This document shows, in pieces, positions 58,420 through 64,000 of a stretch of 64,000 bases of DNA. The notes below the pieces were generated by a model. The model saw only the letters and a program-made list of their open reading frames with translations. It did not search any database and had not been told where the DNA came from. Source of the stretch: Candidatus Latescibacterota bacterium (lineage in GTDB: Bacteria; Latescibacterota; UBA2968; UBA8231); the NCBI GenBank assembly GCA_965223905.1, contig CBDCXV010000011.1:1056001-1120000 (forward strand). Reading direction: 5' to 3'. The position numbers and the translations under genes were made by a program. The number at the start of each line of letters is the position of its first letter. The stretch's first letter is position 1.

Positions 58420-60096
58420 TCACCAGGCGGCGACCGCGCGCCGCGGCGAGCGGCCGTCCCCGATCCCCTCGATCACACCCCCTTCGTGGAGGCGGACCAG
58501 GCTGAAGTTGCCTCCCCAGCCGAGGTCGCCGACCGGATGGCCCCGGTCCGCAAGCCTGCCCGCCACCTCCTCGCCGATTCCCGCCTCCAGCGCCAGGCGG
58601 GCGGAGGCAGCCCTCAGTCCCGGGCCGTAGTAGCGCCAGCGCGGGGCGCCGACCGCTTCGGCGGCCGTCATACCCTCGTCGATGAAACGGGTCAGCACCT
58701 GCAGGTTCCACTGCACCTGTCCGTAGTCCCCGGGGGTGCCTCCGGCTAGAAGCGGTCTCCCCTCCTTCGCCAGGATGAAGCTGTTGAGGGTGAAGACCGG
58801 CCTCTTGCCCCCCGCGAGCCGGTTGGGGCTGTCCGGGTCGAGGCTGAAGTCCGTCATGCGGTTGTTGAGGAAGAGGCCGGTGCCCTCGGGAATGACCGCG
58901 GCCCCGAAGCCGTACCAGAGGCTCTGCACCACCGATACCAGGTTTCCCGCGCCGTCGGCGACGACGAACGTCGTCGTGTCGCCGTGCGGCTCCTTCGGGC
59001 GGCCGGCCGGAACCTCCGACATCGCGCGCGCCATCGATATCCGGCCCCGCTGCCGGGCGGCGTACTCGGCGGACAGCAGCCGCTGCAGCGGCACCTCGAC
59101 GAAGGCGGGATCGCCGGCGAAGGCATGGAGATCGGCGAAGGCCAGCTTCATCGCTTCCGCCAGAACGTGGACCCCCTGCGCGGATCCCGGCCCGATCCGG
59201 GGCAGGTCGAATCCCTCGGCGATGTTGAGCGCCTCGAGGAGCAGGAACCCCTGCGATACCAGCGGCTGTCCGTACACCGTGTAGCCGCGGTAGGTCGCCG
59301 CGACCGGGTCCACGATGCGGGCCGGATACTGTCGCAGGTCTTCCGCGGTCATGAAACCGCCCCCCTTCCCGGAGGCCTCGAGTATGGCCGCGGCCACCCG
59401 GCCGCGGTGGAACTCCGACCTGCCGCCGGCGGCAATGGCGCGCAGGGTCGCGGCGAGGTCGGGCTGGCGGAACCAGCCGCCGGTTGCAGGTACCGCCCCC
59501 CCGGAGCCGGCCAGGAAGGCGGCCACCGACCGGGGGAACTGCTGCTCGAAGGAGCGGTAACGCCCCGCGGCCTCGGCGAACCAGGGGGAGACAGGCAGGC
59601 GTTCAGCGAGCTCGATGGCCGGCTGCAGCACCTGCTGCGCCGTCATGCTGCCGTACTCCTCCAGCATGACGGCGCAGGCGTCGACCGCGCCCGGGACCAG
59701 GACCGCCTTCATCCCGCGCTCGGGAACCCCCTCCGGAAAATCCTCCAGCCGGGCCCTCTTCGGGGCCGGACCGGTGCCGTTGATCGCCTTCACCTCCCCC
59801 CGGTCCGCGTCGTAGAGCATGATGAGGGCGTGTCCCCCGAGGTGGCTGTTCGACGGATCGACGACGTTCATCGCCATGGCGACGGCGACCGCGGCGTCGA
59901 AGGCGTTGCCGCCCCCCTGGAGGATCCGCAGGCCCGCGCCCGCGGCCAGCGGATCGTCGGCGACGACGACCCCGCGCGAGCCGAAGGCGACCTTCGCTGT
60001 TTCCCCGGAAACCGCCGCGGTCCCCGCGAGCAGGCAGACAAGGGCGCACCCCGCGGATACCGCGGCCCGCCTTCCTGCATGAGATACCCTGTCCAT
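58420..60096 (-). CDS. ggt: Gamma-glutamyltransferase family protein
   Basis: GGNAFDAAVA, HGDTTTFVVAD, LNNRM, GTPG. Confidence 0.9.
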   Translation of the reverse strand: MDRVSHAGRRAAVSAGCALVCLLAGTAAVSGETAKVAFGSRGVVVADDPLAAGAGLRILQGGGNAFDAAVAVAMAMNVVDPSNSHLGGHALIMLYDADRGEVKAINGTGPAPKRARLEDFPEGVPERGMKAVLVPGAVDACAVMLEEYGSMTAQQVLQPAIELAERLPVSPWFAEAAGRYRSFEQQFPRSVAAFLAGSGGAVPATGGWFRQPDLAATLRAIAAGGRSEFHRGRVAAAILEASGKGGGFMTAEDLRQYPARIVDPVAATYRGYTVYGQPLVSQGFLLLEALNIAEGFDLPRIGPGSAQGVHVLAEAMKLAFADLHAFAGDPAFVEVPLQRLLSAEYAARQRGRISMARAMSEVPAGRPKEPHGDTTTFVVADGAGNLVSVVQSLWYGFGAAVIPEGTGLFLNNRMTDFSLDPDSPNRLAGGKRPVFTLNSFILAKEGRPLLAGGTPGDYGQVQWNLQVLTRFIDEGMTAAEAVGAPRWRYYGPGLRAASARLALEAGIGEEVAGRLADRGHPVGDLGWGGNFSLVRLHEGGVIEGIGDGRSPRRAVAAW

Positions 60097-60551
60097 TGTC
60101 CGTTCCCTTTGGTATTCGCCGTGCCCCGGCGGAAGGCGGCTGCCCGCCTGCGATGTTTGCCGCTCCGGGCTCGACTGGAACCGCGGAGGTATGTCGGGGC
60201 CTTGGGACCGCGGCCCCGGCCCGTTGGGCGCCGCCCGATCCCGGGCCGAACCTGCCCTTGCAATCCGCAGCAAACCCGGCGCCCACAGCTTCACGAGACA
60301 CCCCGTCCCTGTCCGTTCCCTTGCTGGTGGTCCCGGCCCTGCGAGGGCGGCGGCCTGCAGGTGAGGCCCGCGGGCTGAGATGAAGTGGATTATAACGAGG
60401 CGCCCCGGATCTTCCTTGTGGCACCACAGCCGAACTTCCCGGCACCCCACCATACCGCCCCGAACCCCCTGCCATTCCACCTGCAACCGCGGTTGCTTTG
60501 TGCCGCCCGACCCTCCCCCTACATTTGCCGCCCCACGCGAAAGGAGCCGAT

Positions 60552-61323
60552 GTGCCTCGCAGAGCCTGGGAGATCCCCGAGCGGGAGGCCACGAGCGAAA
60601 GCGCCTTCCTGAACCGCCGCCGATTCCTGAAGGGGCTCGGGGCGGTGAGCCTGCTTCCCGGATGCGGGTACGAGCGCAGCTTCGAGCCGCGGCCCTGGCA
60701 GGTGACCGTGGACGGCCTCGTGCAGCAGCCGCGGACCTGGGCGTCGACGCCCTCATCGCCGGATGCCCCTCGAGGAGCGGCTCTACCGGCACCGCTGCGT
60801 CGAGGCCTGGTCCATGGCCATCCCCTGGACCGGGTTCGCGATGAAATCCCTGACCGACGAAGCGCGGCCCCTGTCTTCGGCGCGCTACGTGAAAACGACT
60901 TCCTTCCTCGATCCGAAGATCGCCCAGGGCCAGTGGGACGACGAGCTTCCCTGGCCCTACGTGGAAGCCCTGACCATGGATGAGGCGGCCAACGAGCTGA
61001 CCCTGCTGGTGACAGGAGTCTACGGCCACGAGCTCCCCAAGCAGCACGGCGCCCCGCTGCGCCTGATCGTCCCCTGGAAGTACGGCTTCAAGGGGATCAA
61101 GTCGATCGTCCGCTTCGAGTTCACCGCGGAGAAACCCGCGACCTTCTGGAACACCGCATCCCCCGGCGAGTACGAGTTCGACGCCAACGTCGACCCCGCG
61201 GTCCCCCATCCCGGCTGGTCGCAGGAAAGGGAGCGCTTCATCCTCTCCGAGACGGAGACCGAGGACCGGGCCACCCTGCCCTTCAACGGCTACGGGGAGT
61301 TCGTCGCCGGCCTCTACGGATGA
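60552..61323 (+). pseudogene. msrP: Methionine-sulfoxide reductase catalytic subunit, deleted and frameshifted
   Basis: Tat-like NRRRFLKG; YRHRCVEAWSM, GAPLRLIVPWKYGFKGIK, FNGYGE; lacks the YNNFYEF block; frameshift near 60740. Confidence 0.82.
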
Positions 61324-62882
61324 GGGATCGCCGCCCATCGCAGCCCGCCCAAGCCCTGCCGGCCCTGTGGAACCAGGGTACTGCGGCAGATGTCCGGTTT
61401 TTTCGAAGGGAGCCCGGGGGGAGCACATGCCGAACGGGTCCCCATCGGGCAGGGTTGCTGCTCCTCCTCCTCTCCCTCCTGATCCGCCTCCCCTGCTTCG
61501 GGCAGGAGGCGGAGGTCGGCATCCTCGGGGGGCGGGTGATGGACCCGGCCAGCGGCCTCGACGCGCAGCGCAACCTCTACGTCCGCGACGGCCGCGTCCT
61601 CGCCGTCACCGACAGCCTGATGCCTGCGGCCCGCACCATCGACGCCGGCGGTCTCGTCGTCGCACCCGGTTTCGTCGACGTGCTCGCCGGGGTCCCCGCG
61701 GCGAGGGAACCCCAGCGCTACAAGGTGATGGACGGGGTGACCACCGTCCTCGCCATGCACGGCGGCCCGGTGGACGCCGCAGGCTGGTACGGCGCCCTCA
61801 AGAAGGCCGGCTCCCTGGTCAACTACGGCACCACCGTAGGGCACGAGGAGCTGCGCCGCGCCGCGGGCGCCACCGACCCGTACGCCCCGGCGACCGCGCA
61901 GCAGCTGCTCGCCATGCGCGCTCTCGCCGCCGCCGCCATCGATTCGGGCGCGGTGGGAATCGGCTTCGGCATCAACTACGTGCCCGGGTCTTCCTACGAG
62001 GAGGTCCTGGCGATGTTCGAGGTCGCCGCGGCCAGGGGAGTGCCCGCCCACGTGCACTCCCGCTACAAAGGGTCGGTGTTTCCCGGCACCATCGTGCAGT
62101 CCCTGCAGGAGGTCATCGCCGCGGCCGCGGTCACCGGGGCCAGCGCCCAGATGGTGCACCTGGCCTCCTCCGCGGTGGGCTCGATGGCGACCTGCCTCGA
62201 GATGATCTCCGGCGCCCGGCGCAACGGCGTCGACATCATGGCCGACATCTATCCGTACCTGGCGAACTCCACCACCCTGCAGTCCCCCCTCTACGATCCC
62301 GGCTGGCAGGAGCGTTTCGGAGGCATCGGCTACGGGGACATCATGCTGGTGGAGACCGGAGAGCGCCTGAGCGCCGGGAGTTTCGAGCACTGGCGGCAGC
62401 GGGGGGCCCGGGTAATCACCTTCTTCATTCCCGAAGAGGAGATGGTGACTGCCCTCCGCCACCCCCACGTGATGGTCGCCAGCGACGGCGTCATCTCCGG
62501 CGGCAAGGGGCACCCCCGGGGAGCCGGCAGCTTCTGCCGCGTCGTCGGGCGTTTCGTGCGCGAGCGGGGCTGGCTGACCCTGATGGAGGCCCTGGCCAAG
62601 ATCAGCCTGATGCCGGCGCAGCGCCTGGAGAAGGTCGCCCCCTCCATGCGCGGCCGCGGCCGGCTCGGGCCCGGGGCCTGGGCCGACATCACCATCTTCG
62701 ACCCCAACGCCGTCATCGACCGCGCCACCTTCAGGGAGCCGGCCCGGTACTCCGAGGGCGTCGAGTTCGTCCTCGTCAACGGCCGTCTCGTCGTCGACCG
62801 CGGCGAGCTCGTCGAGGGGGCGGCCCCCGGACTGCCGATTCGCAGCGACCCGGAAACGGGCGGCGGCCCCGCCTGCTTCTGA
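61320..62882 (+). CDS. Amidohydrolase (D-glutamate deacylase-like), start uncertain
   Basis: GGRVMDPAS, VAPGFVD, MVASDG, HPRGAGSF, ADITIFDP. Confidence 0.82.
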   Translation: MRDRRPSQPAQALPALWNQGTAADVRFFRREPGGSTCRTGPHRAGLLLLLLSLLIRLPCFGQEAEVGILGGRVMDPASGLDAQRNLYVRDGRVLAVTDSLMPAARTIDAGGLVVAPGFVDVLAGVPAAREPQRYKVMDGVTTVLAMHGGPVDAAGWYGALKKAGSLVNYGTTVGHEELRRAAGATDPYAPATAQQLLAMRALAAAAIDSGAVGIGFGINYVPGSSYEEVLAMFEVAAARGVPAHVHSRYKGSVFPGTIVQSLQEVIAAAAVTGASAQMVHLASSAVGSMATCLEMISGARRNGVDIMADIYPYLANSTTLQSPLYDPGWQERFGGIGYGDIMLVETGERLSAGSFEHWRQRGARVITFFIPEEEMVTALRHPHVMVASDGVISGGKGHPRGAGSFCRVVGRFVRERGWLTLMEALAKISLMPAQRLEKVAPSMRGRGRLGPGAWADITIFDPNAVIDRATFREPARYSEGVEFVLVNGRLVVDRGELVEGAAPGLPIRSDPETGGGPACF

Positions 62883-62883
62883 A

Positions 62884-64000
62884 GTGGGATCTTCCGGCCG
62901 CGGGGCGGGGGCGGACAACGGCAGCCACCCCCGCGTCACCGAGCTGTCGACCCTCGCCCTGCTGCTGGTTTTCTCCGCGGCCGGCGCCGTCATCGGGCTG
63001 CAGCTCGTCACCACCCTCGGTGTCACCCCGAACACCTCGATAATCGGGGTTCTGCTCGCCATCGCCGCCTCGCGCCTGCCGCTGCCGGGGTTCGGCCGCT
63101 TCCGCTCCGTGCACCGGCAGAACCTCGTGCAGACCAACATCTCCAGCGCCACCTTCGGCGCCGCCAACTCGCTGCTGGTCCCGGTCGGGGTGCCGGTGCT
63201 GATCGGCCGCCCGGATCTCCTGGTGCCGATGCTCCTCGGCGCCACCTGCGGGATGTTCATCGACCTGGCGATGCTCTACTGGTTCTTCGACTCCCGCCTC
63301 TTTCCCGGCCGCGCCCCCTGGCCGGTCGGCATCGCCGCGGCGGAAGCGATCATCGCCGGCGACGCCGGGGGGAAACGCTCGCAGGTGCTCGGCCTGGGGG
63401 CGCTGGCGGGGGTGCTGGGCTCCTCGGAGATCTTCGGTCTGCTGCAGCCGGTGCTGGCATCCGGCCTGCCGATGGCCGCCCTGGGACTGGCGTTTCTCGG
63501 CAATGTCTGGGCCCTGTCGATGTTCGCGGTCGGCCTTCTGATCCGCGCCTATGCTCCCGTCGCCGGGGTCCTGGACCTCGACCGCTATCTGGTGCCCCAC
63601 GGAGTCATGATCGGCGCCGGACTGGTGGCCTTGGCGCAGGCGGTGCTGTTCGTCGCCCGCCGGCAGCGCGGGACCCCTGAGCGGAGCGGAAATGACCGGG
63701 CCGGACCGGGGGAAGCCGGGGGCGCCGACGATGAGATCGCAGCCTTCACCCGCACCGACGGCGACGTCCGCCGCGGCCTGCTGGGGGGTCTCGGACTCTA
63801 CGTGATCGCCGCTCTCCTCCTCGCCGCGGCCGGAGGCCTGTGGAGCGACATGTCGCCGCTGCAGCTCGGAGGCTGGATCCTGTTCGCGGCCGCGGCCTGC
63901 GTCGCCGCCGAATTCATCGTCGGGTTCTCCGCCATGCACGCCGGCTGGTTTCCCGCCTTCGCGACCTCCCTGATCTTCCTCATCGTCGGCCTCGCCCTGG
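62884..64000 (+). CDS. OPT/YSL-family oligopeptide transporter (partial, runs off the window)
   Basis: Open frame from GTG 62884: LGVTPNTSIIG...RSVHRQNLVQTNISSATFGAAN...SAMHAGWFPAFA. Confidence 0.85.
   Translation, partial: MGSSGRGAGADNGSHPRVTELSTLALLLVFSAAGAVIGLQLVTTLGVTPNTSIIGVLLAIAASRLPLPGFGRFRSVHRQNLVQTNISSATFGAANSLLVPVGVPVLIGRPDLLVPMLLGATCGMFIDLAMLYWFFDSRLFPGRAPWPVGIAAAEAIIAGDAGGKRSQVLGLGALAGVLGSSEIFGLLQPVLASGLPMAALGLAFLGNVWALSMFAVGLLIRAYAPVAGVLDLDRYLVPHGVMIGAGLVALAQAVLFVARRQRGTPERSGNDRAGPGEAGGADDEIAAFTRTDGDVRRGLLGGLGLYVIAALLLAAAGGLWSDMSPLQLGGWILFAAAACVAAEFIVGFSAMHAGWFPAFATSLIFLIVGLAL

Noticed and set aside
1-64000. tRNA, rRNA, prophage or integrase genes
   Set aside because: None recognised by eye on either strand.

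Overview
GC-rich bacterial window. The gene content resembles FCB-group sponge/sediment lineages such as Ca. Latescibacterota (inference from PhyH paralogs, an ASPIC/UnbV protein, FlgD-Ig-tailed proteins, WGxIK tails and a DUF6785-type transporter). (1) 1-10.2 kb is a lower-GC defence island on the minus strand. It has a type I R-M hsdM fused to a PIN domain, hsdS, a complete ISKra4/ISLre2-type IS (22-bp IRs, 8-bp DR), several toxin-antitoxin modules, a DUF1828 gene and a ParB-like gene. There is no intact hsdR; instead three short hsdR 5'-end stubs each close a cargo block, like a cassette array. (2) 10-38 kb holds catabolic enzymes (SDRs, AKR, three PhyH dioxygenases, dipeptidase, D-aminoacylase), an ECF sigma/FecR/TonB-receptor module, an ASPIC/UnbV protein, a NhaC-family transporter and an ankyrin gene with a clear promoter and structured 5' leader. 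(3) 38-51 kb is a co-oriented cell-surface operon: PPIase, two lipoproteins, a WGRVK-tailed secreted protein, three paralogous FlgD-Ig/'PNGDGxND'-tailed proteins and a large putative outer-membrane protein. It is a candidate undescribed surface-display or secretion system. (4) 51-64 kb holds peptide/amide utilisation genes, a decayed msrP and a partial OPT transporter. Several single-base frameshifts may be sequencing errors. All family calls come from motif recognition by eye; no database searches were run.
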